A DNA stretch of 62,435 nucleotides, filler included, from Pirum gemmata (GCA_002812295.1; 23 parts of 23 records of this genome joined end to end with filler, not necessarily neighbours in it); one strand, 5' to 3'; positions 11,365-25,389 are shown, numbered from the whole stretch's first letter. Notes: generated by a model from the letters alone, not told the origin. Numbers and translations: made by a program.

Positions 11365-13101
11365 TTATTGTACAGAAAAAGGGTTAGTTATTAGTACAAT
11401 ATTCCCAATTATGATATCGTAAGATGAAAGCTCTTCAATAGTACAATAAGACGAAATTTTGTTCATAATTATTTCATTGTTAGCAACAAGACTTTGATCA
11501 TGTAGACTATTAAAAACTATCAACTTTACAATTTTTTTCTTGATGGAGCTTACTACAAAATCAATACCCCTTTTCAATCTTTTAGGGTCAGTTATATTAT
11601 ATTTAATAATATTAATATTATTGCCATTATCATCTTCATCATCAATAGATTCATAATCCATAATTAATTTGTGTAATGAATCATTTTTATATTTTGCAAA
11701 ACAGAGAATATCTGATAAACTAAATAGAGGTTTGTGTAATTTATGCATTAACGTTTGTATATTATGAAGAAGAGCTAATTGTATTCTGTTTGTTATTTGT
11801 TGTTGAGCTGAAGAATGTCCAATACCTGCATTCACTCGCCCTAAAGGTTCTTTAGTTTGTCTAATATCCAAGGAAGTTAGTGTTGTATTATGTTGCTGTA
11901 GCACCGTAAGCAATTCTCTTAACCCGTCATTTCCAATTCTATTTTCGTACATAATAAGTGTATTTAAAGATGTATTTTGACGTAATAATTCCACTAGTGT
12001 ACTAATTACACTTGGATCCATGCTATTTTTGCTTATATTTAATTCAGTTAAAACATTGTTATGCTTCAAACTATTAAAAATTTCAATCAAACCTTTGTTA
12101 GTTAAACGACACAGTTCTAAATTTAATTCTTTCAGTTTTGTGTTGTTTTGTTGTAAGCCGTAAGCGATACGTTTTGCCACCTTAACACCAATTTTATTAT
12201 GACTCAAGTCTAACGCTTCCATAATGGGATATTGCTTACGTTTTTTTTTACCTGTATTAAAAATTTGATCAACCAAAATAACTCCACTTTTCGATGTCAT
12301 AGAACAAGAGCTCATATCTAAGCATTTTAGTTTATTGTTTCCTTCTTTAAACAACAATTCACTAATTCTTATTACTTCTTCATCACCAATATAATTAAAA
12401 CTTAAATCTATATTCATCAAATTCATTATGTTGGTATTATTCAGAGCCCGTGAAAGTGTTCGTCCTTTTATTTTAAGATCGTTTAACGTTGTTTTAATAT
12501 TTAAAGTATCACGTAATTTAGTGATAAGATTTTCGGTAACAACACCGTCAGACTGACAACATGATAATTTTTCTAATTTTAGATGATTATTGTTCTGTAT
12601 GGCATTTAAAATTATTTCAATAGAATTTACACCACCTCTGTAATTCAAAGTCTTTAATGTAGTATTTGTTTTCAGAAAATGAGCTATTTCTCTTGCCTCG
12701 TTAATTTGTAATGCCTCCCTTTCCCTTTCATTACTCTGTAAAGTAATATCAACCAGTGGTAAATGATTTATACGAGCCAATGCTTTAAAAATCAAATCAA
12801 AATTATTAGTATTTGTTTCGACCCTTGTTAAACTTAAATTCGTAATGGTTTTATTTTGTTGTAGAGCTTCAATAATAAGATTGTAATCGTTTGCTTGGAA
12901 CTTAACTCTCTCTAATATTAAAGAGGAAAGTTTGGTGTTATTTTTTATAATAAATGCGATTTGTTTTGCTTCTTCGGAGTTAACTTCATTATTGAGCTCG
13001 AGTTGGAGCGACGTTGTGAGGTTGAGTTTTCCTAAAGTTAGTAGCAGCCACTGTTTGTTTCTATCATTTTCTCTATTTATTATTGCAGCCAACCGATCCA
13101 T
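11365..13101 (-). CDS. RNI-like (28-aa, NLRC3/CARMIL-type) leucine-rich repeat protein
   Basis: 578-aa ORF with repeats such as LKELNLELCRLTNKGLIEIFNSLKHNNVLTELNISKN and NTSLNTLIMYENRIGNDGLREL; upstream exons cannot be excluded at the contig edge. Confidence 0.88.
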   Translation of the reverse strand: MDRLAAIINRENDRNKQWLLLTLGKLNLTTSLQLELNNEVNSEEAKQIAFIIKNNTKLSSLILERVKFQANDYNLIIEALQQNKTITNLSLTRVETNTNNFDLIFKALARINHLPLVDITLQSNEREREALQINEAREIAHFLKTNTTLKTLNYRGGVNSIEIILNAIQNNNHLKLEKLSCCQSDGVVTENLITKLRDTLNIKTTLNDLKIKGRTLSRALNNTNIMNLMNIDLSFNYIGDEEVIRISELLFKEGNNKLKCLDMSSCSMTSKSGVILVDQIFNTGKKKRKQYPIMEALDLSHNKIGVKVAKRIAYGLQQNNTKLKELNLELCRLTNKGLIEIFNSLKHNNVLTELNISKNSMDPSVISTLVELLRQNTSLNTLIMYENRIGNDGLRELLTVLQQHNTTLTSLDIRQTKEPLGRVNAGIGHSSAQQQITNRIQLALLHNIQTLMHKLHKPLFSLSDILCFAKYKNDSLHKLIMDYESIDDEDDNGNNINIIKYNITDPKRLKRGIDFVVSSIKKKIVKLIVFNSLHDQSLVANNEIIMNKISSYCTIEELSSYDIIIGNIVLITNPFSVQ

Positions 13102-13578
13102 TATGGCAACAGCTTTTACTTATTATTATTAGGATAATGATAATGATAATGATAATGATAATGATAATGATAATGATAATGATAATGATAATGATAATGA
13201 TAAATGATAAATGANNNNNNNNNNNNNNNNNNNNNNNNNNNNNNNNNNNNNNNNNNNNTTAATTAATTAANNNNNNNNNNNNNNNNNNNNNNNNNNNNNN
13301 NNNNNNNNNNNNNNAAAAAAAAAAAAAATTTTTTTTTAAAAGAGAATTTTTTTTAAGAGAATTTTTTAAGAGAATTTTTTTTAAAAAAGAGAATTTTTTT
13401 TAAGAATTTTTACAATTATATATTTTAATGCTTACTATTTACTTATATATTTTATTTTTTTGTAAAATTCTAAAATCTAAAATTTAAATTTCTAGATTTA
13501 GCTTTATATATTAAAAAAAAATTTTTTTTTGTAAAATATTTAAATTTTTTTATTTGTAAAATATACATAATTTTTTAT

Positions 13579-15138
13579 TTACAAATTAATAAAAACCAAA
13601 ATTAAAGGGATCATTAATGAGTTAACCACAATACTCAATTTCAATCCCATTGAATAAACATTTTGTTTATTTGAGTTGGGTGAGTTGGGTGAGTTGGGTG
13701 CAATAGAAGTAAAAGTTGTAGAAGTTGTAGAAGTTATAGAAGTTGTAGAAATTATAGAAGTTGTAGAAGTTGTAGAAGCTGTAGAAGAAGTTGTAGGTGT
13801 AGAAGTTGTAGAAGCTGTAGAAGTTGTAGAAGTTGTAGAAGAAGTTGTAGAAGTTATAGAAGGTGTAGAAATTATAGAAGTTGTAGAAGCTGTAGAAGCT
13901 GTAGAAGTTGTAGAAGTTGTAGAAGAAGTTATAGAAGTTGTAGAAGTTGTAGAAATTGTAGAAGTTGTAGAAGAAGTTGTAGAAGTAGGAATACATATAT
14001 TAGTAGAGGAATTTAATATGTAACCATCTTTACAAGCTCTACAAATTTTTTTGTTATTTGACTGAAAACATTGGTTTTCATTATGAGTTAAACAATTTTC
14101 AACATTATTACAAGATTCACAAGTGTTATTACTTAATACAAAACCATCTTCACAACTTGTACATTTTTTGTTATTTGTTAACTGAAAACATTGATTTTCA
14201 TATTCTTTACAATTTGTAATATCATTACAAGGTACACAAGTGTTACTACTTAATACAAAACCATCTTCACAAGCTCTACAAATTTTGTTGTTTGTTGATT
14301 GAAAACATTGATTTTCATGAGTTGAACAATTTGTAACATTATTACAAGATTCACAAGTGGTGTTACTACTTAATACAAAACCATCTTCACAAGCTCTACA
14401 AATTTTGTTGTTTGTTGATTGAAAACATTGATTTTCATGAGTTGAACAATTTGTAACATTATTACAAGGTTCACAAGTGTTACTATTAATATTTAAAAAA
14501 AAACCCCCTTCACAACGTGTACATTTTTTCTGAGATCGAAAACATTGGTTTTCATTATGAGTTAAACAATTTTTAACATTATTACAAGAACAACTATTAC
14601 TACTAGTGTTTAATATAAAACCATCTTCACAACTTATACATTTTTTGTTGTTTGTTCTTGAAAAACATTGAGCTGAATGTTCTTTACAATTTTTAATTAC
14701 ATTACAACTTTCACAATAATTATGTTCGCTTACTACATAACCGTCATGACACTTTAAACACGTTTTTATATAAGGACTAAAACACATTCTTGAATAAAGT
14801 TTACATCTATGAACACCTCCCCTACAAATTTTAGGAGCGCATTGAGTATCACCTCGACCTCTATCCCAACCACAAGATTTAGTTTCTTTTTCATCAGGTC
14901 CACAGCTTCTACATTGTTTACATTCCCTGTCACTAATTATACTACAAGTTGCATATAAATATTGATTTGATGGACAATTATCAGAAGAACAAAAATTACA
15001 ATTACAATTTGAATCTAACCACTGTCCTTTCATACAGGTAAAACTTTGGCATCTGGCTTCTACACTTGTTTTCTTATTAAAAGATAAAAGTAGAGAAAGA
15101 TATAAAAATATAGTTGTTGAAGTAATAAAAAAATTCAT
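13579..15138 (-). CDS. Cys-rich cell-surface protein: signal peptide, TNFR-like repeats, ~40-aa CxxC furin/VSP-like repeats, S/T stalk, GPI-type tail
   Basis: Signal MNFFITSTTIFLYLSLLLSF; CSIISDRECKQCRSC...GDTQC; repeated CNNVTNCSTHENQCFQSTNNKICRACEDGFVL; ~100-aa S/T tract; hydrophobic end with no cytosolic tail. Alternative ATG at 15183. Confidence 0.88.
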   Translation of the reverse strand: MNFFITSTTIFLYLSLLLSFNKKTSVEARCQSFTCMKGQWLDSNCNCNFCSSDNCPSNQYLYATCSIISDRECKQCRSCGPDEKETKSCGWDRGRGDTQCAPKICRGGVHRCKLYSRMCFSPYIKTCLKCHDGYVVSEHNYCESCNVIKNCKEHSAQCFSRTNNKKCISCEDGFILNTSSNSCSCNNVKNCLTHNENQCFRSQKKCTRCEGGFFLNINSNTCEPCNNVTNCSTHENQCFQSTNNKICRACEDGFVLSSNTTCESCNNVTNCSTHENQCFQSTNNKICRACEDGFVLSSNTCVPCNDITNCKEYENQCFQLTNNKKCTSCEDGFVLSNNTCESCNNVENCLTHNENQCFQSNNKKICRACKDGYILNSSTNICIPTSTTSSTTSTISTTSTTSITSSTTSTTSTASTASTTSIISTPSITSTTSSTTSTTSTASTTSTPTTSSTASTTSTTSIISTTSITSTTSTTFTSIAPNSPNSPNSNKQNVYSMGLKLSIVVNSLMIPLILVFINL

Positions 15139-15739
15139 TTTTGTTTGTTTATTTAGTAATAAATGTGAGGGTATCGGTATCATTCAATATTACAAAAATT
15201 TAATTATTTTTATTTTTTTTTTAGAGAAAATTCTTTCCCTTTTATACTAATAATTAATTTTTTTTTTTTTTCAGTTTTTTTTCACACTTTTGCAAATGCA
15301 AAAACAGTTTTTTTTAAATTCCGTCATTCAATACTCTCCTTTTATGGGGGGGTTGAAAAAAAAAATATTGTTTTTTTTTTTTAATTTGTTTCGTCATTGA
15401 ATACTCTCCTTTTATGGTCTACAGTTTATAAAACAATAAAAGTAACCCCAGTTTTTTTTTATTATTTTTTTTTTTTTATAGCACGTTCCAAGACGTGGTG
15501 TTCGGATTTTCAAAAAAAAAGTCTATAAAATATATCCGCTAAAANNNNNNNNNNNNNNNNNNNNNNNNNNNNNNNNNNNNNNNNNNNNTTAATTAATTAA
15601 NNNNNNNNNNNNNNNNNNNNNNNNNNNNNNNNNNNNNNNNNNNNTTTTTTTTTTTTTTTTTTTTTTAATTTTTTGTTTTTTTTTTTTTTTTTCACGTCCG
15701 CCATGTTGGAGCTTTCAAATATTACATAACGCTAATTTC

Positions 15740-15847
15740 CAGACAAATACAGCTTCAAATACCCCTACCCACCTACCCCTCGACATTAATTTCCGGTCAA
15801 ATATCACCTATTTACCTACCTCTTGACGTGACGTATTATTTCAACGT
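15740..15847. mobile_element. Short repeat family C (putative TIR AGGGA[G/A]CGTTCAAATA)
   Basis: CAAATACAGCTTCAAATACCCCTACCTACC...TTGACGTGACGTATTATTT recurs at about 42439-42551, 58002-58112 and, reversed, 58793-58848. Confidence 0.7.
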
Positions 15848-16843
15848 AATTATGGGGTATTTTTATAAGGTGAATTATAAATAAACACACGAATTAAAAA
15901 TGTAAATCAATAAAGTTTGCAAAAACAAATTGAAGAGTTGTTTGTGAATGTGAATTTTATTCTGTTTTAAAATTGAATATTATACTTTTATTTATTTTAA
16001 TAACAATAAAAGTGGTTCGAAAAAATAAATATGTATGATATAAAAAACCAAAGCCAGCTTTTATTTCATTAATGACTCGAAAAAAAAATCAATACCAAAT
16101 GAAAAGAATAAAAATAAAAATTTAAATTTACTTATTATATATTATCGTGTTTTTTATTTATAATATTATTATAACCTAGTTAACCCTAACCATAATCCAT
16201 TGAAACTTTGTAAAATTAACATTTATGTATATGTTATAATTCATGACTAATAGCACTGATTTCAATACTAATATTAATATTACTAATTCATACTAATAAC
16301 ATTAAAATAACCCTAACTAACCCTAACTTTAACTCTAACCCTAACTCTAACCCTAACTCTAATATACAACCCTAACCCTTATTATATAATTGAACCGTCA
16401 TAACAGTGACGTTATGACGCTCAAGGTATTAATACTTTAAGGGTAAGTATACGGTTTTTACAATTAAAATTAAGGTTAGGATTAATTATAAGATAAGGGT
16501 TAAGGTTTTAATAAACATTAGGGTTACAGTAGCACAAAAAAAAATAAGAAGACGATAACGTATTGTAATAAATAAAACAATAACTTATCACAACAATTAA
16601 TATCACAATAATAAAACAAGGAAAGAATAACCCAAAAGCAAAATTCACACCAACAGAATATTTTACTATTTTTAATGCTATTATAGCACTATAATATATA
16701 TTAGTTATTTTGTTAGTCGTGCACGCAACTGTCTTGATTTATCTGGTTAACCTATAGCTAATCAAAATAAGCTTTCTACTAAGATAAGAGTTTTGAAGGT
16801 TTAAGTACACTATTAATACAAACTAAATAAATAAAAATTATTA

Positions 16844-16907
<64 letters not shown>

Positions 16908-17034
16908 AACCAATTTTTAGTCATTTTTGCATAATGCCAAATACCAGCAAAATTTGTTCAGAAAATTTGCTGAGCAAATACTCTCAAAAGCAAGAAACTC
17001 TCCACTACTCTACTAAGAGAAGATTATTTATTAG

Positions 17035-17086
<52 letters not shown>

Positions 17087-17162
17087 GCTATAATCATTAT
17101 TATTATTATTATTATTAAATACAACTATTTCGAAGGTTAGACACTAGAGTATTATCCTGTAA

Positions 17163-17460
17163 ATGTGTGGTCATCTTGAAATTATTGAATTTCTACATGA
17201 AAACCGATCAGAAGGTTGTACAGTCCAAGTTATAAATTATGCTGCTAAAAAAGGTAGACTTGAAATTATTAAATTTCTACATTACAGTCGAACTAAAGGT
17301 TATAAAGATTCTTTATGTTGTAATTCACAACATAATTATCCATCCTCTTGGATTTTTTACTCATAAAACTAATTATTGTGCAAATGAAGCTATGCATTTA
17401 GCTATTAAGAATGGTTTTATTGAAGTTGTAGATTTTCTACTTCGTAATCGAATTTGTAGT
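17163..17460 (+). pseudogene. Decayed ankyrin-repeat gene
   Basis: GHLEIIEFLHENRSEGCT, AAKKGRLEIIKFLHYSRTKG and, in another frame, AMHLAIKNGFIEVVDFLL; frameshift and upstream stops. Confidence 0.75.
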
Positions 17461-18044
17461 AGTGATTATGCTTTGGGCGTTAATAAGATAGCAGGATGGC
17501 CATTAAGCCATTTTTTTCTTTATTGTGTTCTTGGGGTTTTATATCCAGAAGATGGTCATGTAATATAATATAAACAATAAAGAATATCAAGTTAATATAA
17601 TATAAATCCATTTTTATTTAATTTGGTATAATATATTCTATAATCTAATTATTAATTTAAAAATATCAATTTATTAAATATTATAACCAACAAAATGAAT
17701 ATTCAGAGTGACAACATAAATGAAAAGCACAATATAATGACATATATAATATTATATATATAGACGTTTTAATAATAAGGGTATTTACATTCTTAATTAA
17801 ATAGACTTCCATAATCTATTTAAGAATGTAAATACTATTATATATATTATTACATATAATAATAATAATAATAANNNNNNNNNNNNNNNNNNNNNNNNNN
17901 NNNNNNNNNNNNNNNNNNTTAATTAATTAANNNNNNNNNNNNNNNNNNNNNNNNNNNNNNNNNNNNNNNNNNNNTAAATTATTAAATATCATCATTATTA
18001 TTATTTTATTATTATTACTTATTTGTTGATTATGTTCAATTATA

Positions 18045-18551
18045 TTTTGTTTAATCCTTCACCATAAACACAGGTATTTTTTACCAAATTTGCTAAAACA
18101 ATTGTGTGGCCCAGGGGGGCATAACAAATGTTGATCATTGTGATCTATTGGGTTGATGTATCAACGATGATAATCGTAATTGACTATGTAATGTAAATAA
18201 AGTTATTAGTATTATTATTAATGTTATTAGAATGATATTAAATTCATTATTAATTTTATTAAGTTTATTAGAATGATATTAAATTCATTATTATTTTTAT
18301 TAAGTTTATTAGAATGATATTAAATAAGGAGAGCAAGGATAATTATTTATGGTGACGCACTTAACGAAATTTGTCGTCATTGTGTGACGTTAGNGTATCG
18401 ATGTTATGACGAATTCTGTTTGCGGATTTGAAGGTGACAGAAAATTCTGTTTCCAATATAAAAAATGACGATTAAAGGCCCCCTGGGCCACACGATTTTT
18501 TTAGCAAATTTGGTAAAAAATACCTGTTTATGGTGAAGGATTAAACAAAAT
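18045..18551. repeat. About 75-bp inverted repeat pair, possibly two DNA-transposon termini
   Basis: 18045-18120 is the near reverse complement of 18476-18551; the right arm starts TTAA|AGGCCCCCTGGGCC. Confidence 0.7.
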
Positions 18552-20590
18552 TGGTAACAAAAATACTTAGAAATTTTTCGCATTTCGTGATCGATGTACA
18601 CTTTTTATCTGTTTCTATGTATATAGTAAATTGAATATCAATATTATTATTTTTTTATTACTTATTTGTTATTGATTATTATTATTATTGGTGAAAGTAG
18701 GATATTTTGGTAGGATATCCTCCTTTTTCTACTTTATTGGCACATTTTGTGGGTTTTATTATTTTAAAAAATAGTAAGTAATCCAAATTTACTTACGGTA
18801 AATAACCTACTAAACGCACTTACATCAGGGGAAAAGTATCGTTAGGATATTATACTTAGTAGAGGAGGTAGGCTATTTTTTAAATTATATCAATGTTAAA
18901 AATGTTTTTTTTTTTTTTTTCAACTATTATATCATACCAAGCCGGATCCGCCATATAAGCTTAAAAATCCAAAAAATCTCAAAATGATCCAATTTGAAAG
19001 TACTGCCAAAATTTTAGAAATGGACTAACTAACAAAACTCTATTATGAACCAATGACTAGTTTTTAAAAATAATTTGGCATTTATATTAAAGGTTTTTAG
19101 AAAAGAACTCTACAAAAAAAAAAATGGATTTCTACAGTTTTATCCGGCTATTATAAGAATACTTACAATTACTGAATTGTTGTTTTGTTGTTTTGTTGTA
19201 TTTGTTGTATTTGTTATATTTATTGTATTTGTTATATTATATTGTTTTGTTGTATTTGTTGTATTTGTTATATTTATTATATTTGTTATATTTGTTATAT
19301 TTGTTATATTTGTTATATTTTATTATATTTGTTATATTTTGTTATATTTGTTATATTTTGTTATATTGCTATATTATTGTATTAGTAGTCTTACCTTTGT
19401 TTTAATGATTCTTGAAAAAATCTATGGGCAAATTCTTATGGCCATTTAAAAGAGACTCCCGTTCCAAACTAGAATCTTTGTAACCGTAATTGACAGAACA
19501 ATTTATTTGTGAACCTTCATGGTTTGTATTAATATCAAAACTGTTATAACACACAAAAGGGTTAGGATTAGGATTAGGGTTAGGGTTAGGGTTAGGGTTA
19601 GGGTTGGGGTTAAGGGTTTAATACTAATACTAGTATCAGTATTAGTATTAGTATAATATATAGGTATTTAATATTTAGTACTTAGTATTTAATATTTAAT
19701 ATTTGATATTTAATATTAGTGTTAGTATTCGTATCAATATTATTATTAGTATTACTATTTATATTATTATTGTTATTTGTATTGGCAGTAATATTAATAT
19801 TAGTATTAGTATTAGTATTAGTAGTAATATTATTATATATTAATTGATGAACTCGACCAAGCAAAAAGCTTAGCCTACTAAGGGCTAAATTAATAAGAGC
19901 TATTGATGGGGAATTCTACCCATATCACGCTCAAGAAAAGCCTATAATTAGACAAGAAAAGGCTAAGAAGCCCATTTAAGCCCATTTAAGCCCATTGGTC
20001 AGCCTACTATACCATCTAAATAGGGTAGTTTAGGTTTTTTATAGCCTATTTTGTTATTTTTGGTGCCTATTAGTAGGAGATAGTAACTACTAGAAGCCCA
20101 CCTGGAGGCCTCTTTTGTTAGTTTAGAGCTTAAAACTAACAACTAACAAGTCTAGAACTAACAGGATAGAGATTAGTGGTCTAAATAATAATAATAATAA
20201 TAATANNNNNNNNNNNNNNNNNNNNNNNNNNNNNNNNNNNNNNNNNNNNTTAATTAATTAANNNNNNNNNNNNNNNNNNNNNNNNNNNNNNNNNNNNNNN
20301 NNNNNATAACAATAACAATAATAATAATAATAATAATAATAACCACAATTACAATTAAAATTACAATTACAATTACAATTACAATTACAATTACAATTAC
20401 AATTATATACAATTGATAATTTACCTGGTATATATGTAAATCAGTGTTATTAAGAAAGTCAGTATATCATTCTTCAAAATTATCCTTTCCCACATCAGAT
20501 TATGTGATTTTCATTTTGCTTGACAATAACAATAACAATAACAATAACAATAACAATAACAATAGCAATAGCAATAACAGTAACAGTAAC

Positions 20591-20635
<45 letters not shown>

Positions 20636-21067
20636 GAAGTAATAAAATAAGAAAAAGAATATATAGCGTAAAATAATATTAAATCCATTGCGACATACGA
20701 GAGAACTGAGCGTGAAAGTAAAATGCTAATAAAACAAAAAACCAAAAATAACAAATGAAAGGATTAATTTCTTCATAAATAAAAATTAATTAACATATTT
20801 AATGGATTTTTTGAACAACATACAACACATTTCTACTTGGAAGTTTTCTCTTACCCGTTCTTCGTTTTATGGAATATTTATCTAAGTCTAACTGTTTAAC
20901 AAACCGTATAACCAGACAAACACACTCAACACACACAGAATCACACTAATAAAATACATGCACACACAAGCAAACATAAACATTACATGTATATATATAG
21001 ATATATATATATATATATATATGTACATACTCACAAAAACACACCTGTACATACACAAACACACGTG

Positions 21068-21098
<31 letters not shown>

Positions 21099-22668
21099 GC
21101 ATAAAATACACACACCTACAAATAAACATATATATCATATACACAAACAAACATACAATATATATATAAATATAGATGTACATACACACACAAACACACA
21201 TACACACACACGCAACACATACACACACACACAAAACACATATACAAACACACACAAACAATACACAATACACACAATGCAAACAAACAATACAAACGCA
21301 AGAAACATACAATAAGCACACACCATGCACATAAAAAACATCAATTAAATTACAAGCTTATAATATTTTGACATGTCATTTCTATTACTACAACATCCCT
21401 CTCAAAAAAAAAAAACATGTAATACCTAACGACCTCTATTAAATGAAAGAACTAAATAGTTTCGAAAAAGCAATAAACATAATGTACTAAATATTTAAAT
21501 TAAACATTTACATAACCAACACCATTACATAACCAACACATTTAAATAAACACAAAAAACAAAAAGGATAACTACTACATTTTTTTTTTTTTTTTAATAA
21601 TTATTTATTTATTTCACTCTTAACCATTTAAACCCAACTACTACTAAAATAAAAAAGTAAGAGAGTAAAAACTGGTAATATAAATTCCTACTCGATTGTA
21701 ATAACTACAAGTAAACTTTACACCAACTACAGCCTAATTAATAACTGTGCTAAAACGAAAAATCGGTAACCAATTTTTTTTTTTTTTTTAGAGCAAAAAT
21801 TTGGGACTAAATTGGGGTGATGTATGTTAATGTATGCTCTTACAATATTCCCAAAAGTCCGTTACTCAAAAAGAAACAAAAAAAAAACACAAAATCAAAT
21901 AATGATAATAATAAAGAAAACAAAAACAAAAAAAAGGGGAAGTAAAACATCAATCAATAAGTTATATTTTACTTAAATGTTCATAAAGTTCACTAATTAA
22001 AAGCTAACTAACAATTCTTCATTTACCAAGGTAAGGATCAATAAACTAAAATCTAAAATAGAAACTTTAAAGATCTGTTTTATCTAATAAATAAAACTAT
22101 TAATTATCGACTTCTTAAAATAAGCAACTTTCTAGATGTCTACATATACAAAGCCTATGACACTCCTTGGAATTATCTATTATAAAGTACTAGCTTTTGC
22201 GCTTAACCAACCGTAATCGTAACATACTAAGCTGAAATTTTGACTTATTCTTATACCAATTGCTACTATAGTTCTCAAGCTAATAAATCTATATAATAAA
22301 ACAAATGACCAGGGAAGAAAACTACCTAATGCTAACAATTCCCCACTTATAAAAACGAACAAACAGAAAGAAAAAGAAAAAGAAATGTATATGCAGTATT
22401 AGGAATTGCAAATTTAGGATACAAAATCAAAACAGTAGCAGAGAATATATTAATTCCAAACAACCCCAACGATACACTATCAATACAATAATACAGAGAG
22501 AGAGAGAGNNNNNNNNNNNNNNNNNNNNNNNNNNNNNNNNNNNNNNNNNNNNTTAATTAATTAANNNNNNNNNNNNNNNNNNNNNNNNNNNNNNNNNNNN
22601 NNNNNNNNTATAATCATTATTATTTTTATTATCATTATTATTATTATAATGATATATTATCTCTATTA

Positions 22669-22700
<32 letters not shown>

Positions 22701-24841
22701 GTTTATTATTATACATTATTATTATAATTATATTAATATTATTATTATTATTATATTAATAATTATCATTATTATTATTATTATTATTATTGATTTGTTT
22801 TGTTGTTGCTGTTGTTATTAAATTTCGTGGATGAAAAAAAAAGTTTGTAAAAGTAAGTTATTATTATTTTTTATAAAAATAAAAAAAAGAAAAAATTCAA
22901 CATATAATTACAAAAATGTAAAAAATTACTAAAAAATTACAAAAAATTAGTCCAAAATTCAGAAAAATTCAGATAACATTCTTTGCGTTACTTTGATTAG
23001 TGATTTATTATTTTTAGAGAACGAATAAAAAATCTTTAAATATTTTTAATCCAATAAAAAAAGGGAAAATTTGAAAAAAAAAATTTATGCTTTTTTCTTT
23101 TTTCTTTGAGGTATGTGTCTATATGATCATAATATTATAAAATTGTATTATTCACTATGAATATTTATTTGGTGGTTTATAATTTTTAAAAAAGACCTTT
23201 TTAAATAAATAAAAATATAATAAAATATACCAAATTAAATAAAATGGCTTTATATTGTATTAATTTGGTACTATTTATTATATATTTTATGATGACAAAT
23301 TTTATATATGATTGCTGTGGTGGTTACGGTTATAGTTGTCCTCTCAATCTTTTTTTTTTTTTAAAAGTGTTGGTACAACTTATTTATAAAATACAGCATT
23401 TTAAAGTATAAAAAAAAACATTAAATTTTAAGTTTATAAGATACCAAATTAATTAAAATGTATCCGATAGTTTAACCATAACAATAATTTGGTACATTTA
23501 TTTTTAAGTTTTTATACCAAATAAATAAAAACTGCAGTTATTTATGATATCGATAGCAAATTAATTTTTTTACTATGAATAGTCTATGTCAAAAAAAATA
23601 AAGGTTGTTAGCTTTTAATTAAAAAAATTTGACAAAAAGAGGTCATCAACACAAGGTAGGCAGAGGGCTTTAACTAAAGGGTCAGGATTAGGGACTTAGG
23701 GTTAGGGTTAGGGTTTAATAGGTTGAACTTGACCAAGGAGCTTCAATATTATTAAAACTTACCTAAAAAATTAAAAAGGTCCAAAAATGAATATTTTTAA
23801 AATAATTTGGTAGTAATAAATTAATACAAGTGTAATATAAAGTACCAAAATAAAAATATATATTCTTTGCATGCTAAAAAAACACCGAAAAAAATATTTG
23901 GTATTAATACTTTCACGTTCCAATAAGAAGGCGTAAAATTCTATTTTTTGTAGGTTGTTTACAAACTTTTACAAATGGTGTTTGTAAACAAGTTGTTTAC
24001 ACAAGTTAAGTTGAAACGGGGTTAGGGTTAGGGTTAGGGTTAGGGTTAGGGTTAGGGTTTTAGGGTTAGTTAGGGTTAGGGTTAGGGTTAGTGTTAGGGT
24101 TAGGGTTAGGGCTAGGGTTAGTTAGGGTAGGGTTAGGGTGTAAGTCAACTTCACACTGTAAAGTATCATAGCTACTATCGATACTAGCTATAGCTATCAT
24201 AGTATCTGCTAGCTGGGAGCTCTACTAGCTATGATAATATTATATTAATAATATTATTATGATTTTAATATCATTATATTATCGATATATATCATAATAA
24301 TATTGATATGGTATCCATATGCATATGATATCGGGTTAAGTTGTAACTGTAGGGTTTAACAGGGTTAGGGTTAGGGTTATAATTAGGGTTAACGTTAGTT
24401 AGGGTTAGGGTTAGAGGGTTAGGGTTAGGGTTAGTAGAATCATAACTATTATCGATTCGATACTAGCTATAGCTATAGCTATCATAGTATCTCCTAGCTG
24501 GGAGCTCTGCCAACTATGATAATTATTATAATTATTAAAATAATTTAAATATTAATATTAATATCATAATAATATAATATGAATATCATAATATTATTAT
24601 AATAATAATATATCGATATGGTATCCATATAATATGATTATCTGATATCGATATGAAGCTAGAGAGAAGAGTTACCGGTAGTAATGGCTGTGTATGATAA
24701 AAATACCAAAATAATTTGAAGGAAATATAATATTATGATAGCAGGGATGCACCGTGGATCATAATATTTTTTTCCTGTGCTTCCCTGAGCATGTCCTGCA
24801 CATTCTTTTTTTTGCCTTTCCTTTCCTTTCCTTTTTTCTAA

Positions 24842-24878
<37 letters not shown>

Positions 24879-24978
24879 NATAATAATAATAATAATAAAT
24901 AATAACAAGAAGTAACAACGTTAATAAACAATAAAAATATCAAAATAACAACAACAATAATAATAACACAAAATAATT

Positions 24979-25389
24979 TTATTCATCAATTATGGAATCC
25001 AAAGACAAACTTGTCAATTTCTTTGATGATGTAATATTAATAACATTATCTAAAGAATTATAATCAGAACTTTTTCTTCTTGTAGGATACTTTCCAGTTT
25101 CCAAACTGCGCCGCTCAGTTATGGAACTAGGCCCTCCAGGTGTACGACTGGGGCCACAGTGGGAGGCTGACCTACTTCTATTTGCAGACTCTTTGTTGTA
25201 CAGATTTGAGCTGGGAGAGAGTAAGGTTCCCAAACTTTCACTTGGAAACAAGCAAGGTGCTGATTTGGATGTTAGCGTAGTGTGCGAAGAAGTAATACAA
25301 TGCCATGTCGGAGGTCTATTGCTCTTGAGTCTAATCGCCCTACTACGTATCTGTTCCAATTGTTCTCGAGTTGTTGTTGGTGTTGTATC

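Noticed and set aside
13667..14023. Alternative-frame and antisense ORFs over real genes (also 965-1159, 25121-25605, 38090-38359, 60597-60782, 61842-62099)
   Set aside because: Shadows of repetitive or codon-biased coding sequence.
20425..20520. Minus-strand exon-like segment with a GTAAAT donor
   Set aside because: Stops in all three frames; may be UTR or non-coding. The well-supported genes give no sign of stop-codon reassignment.
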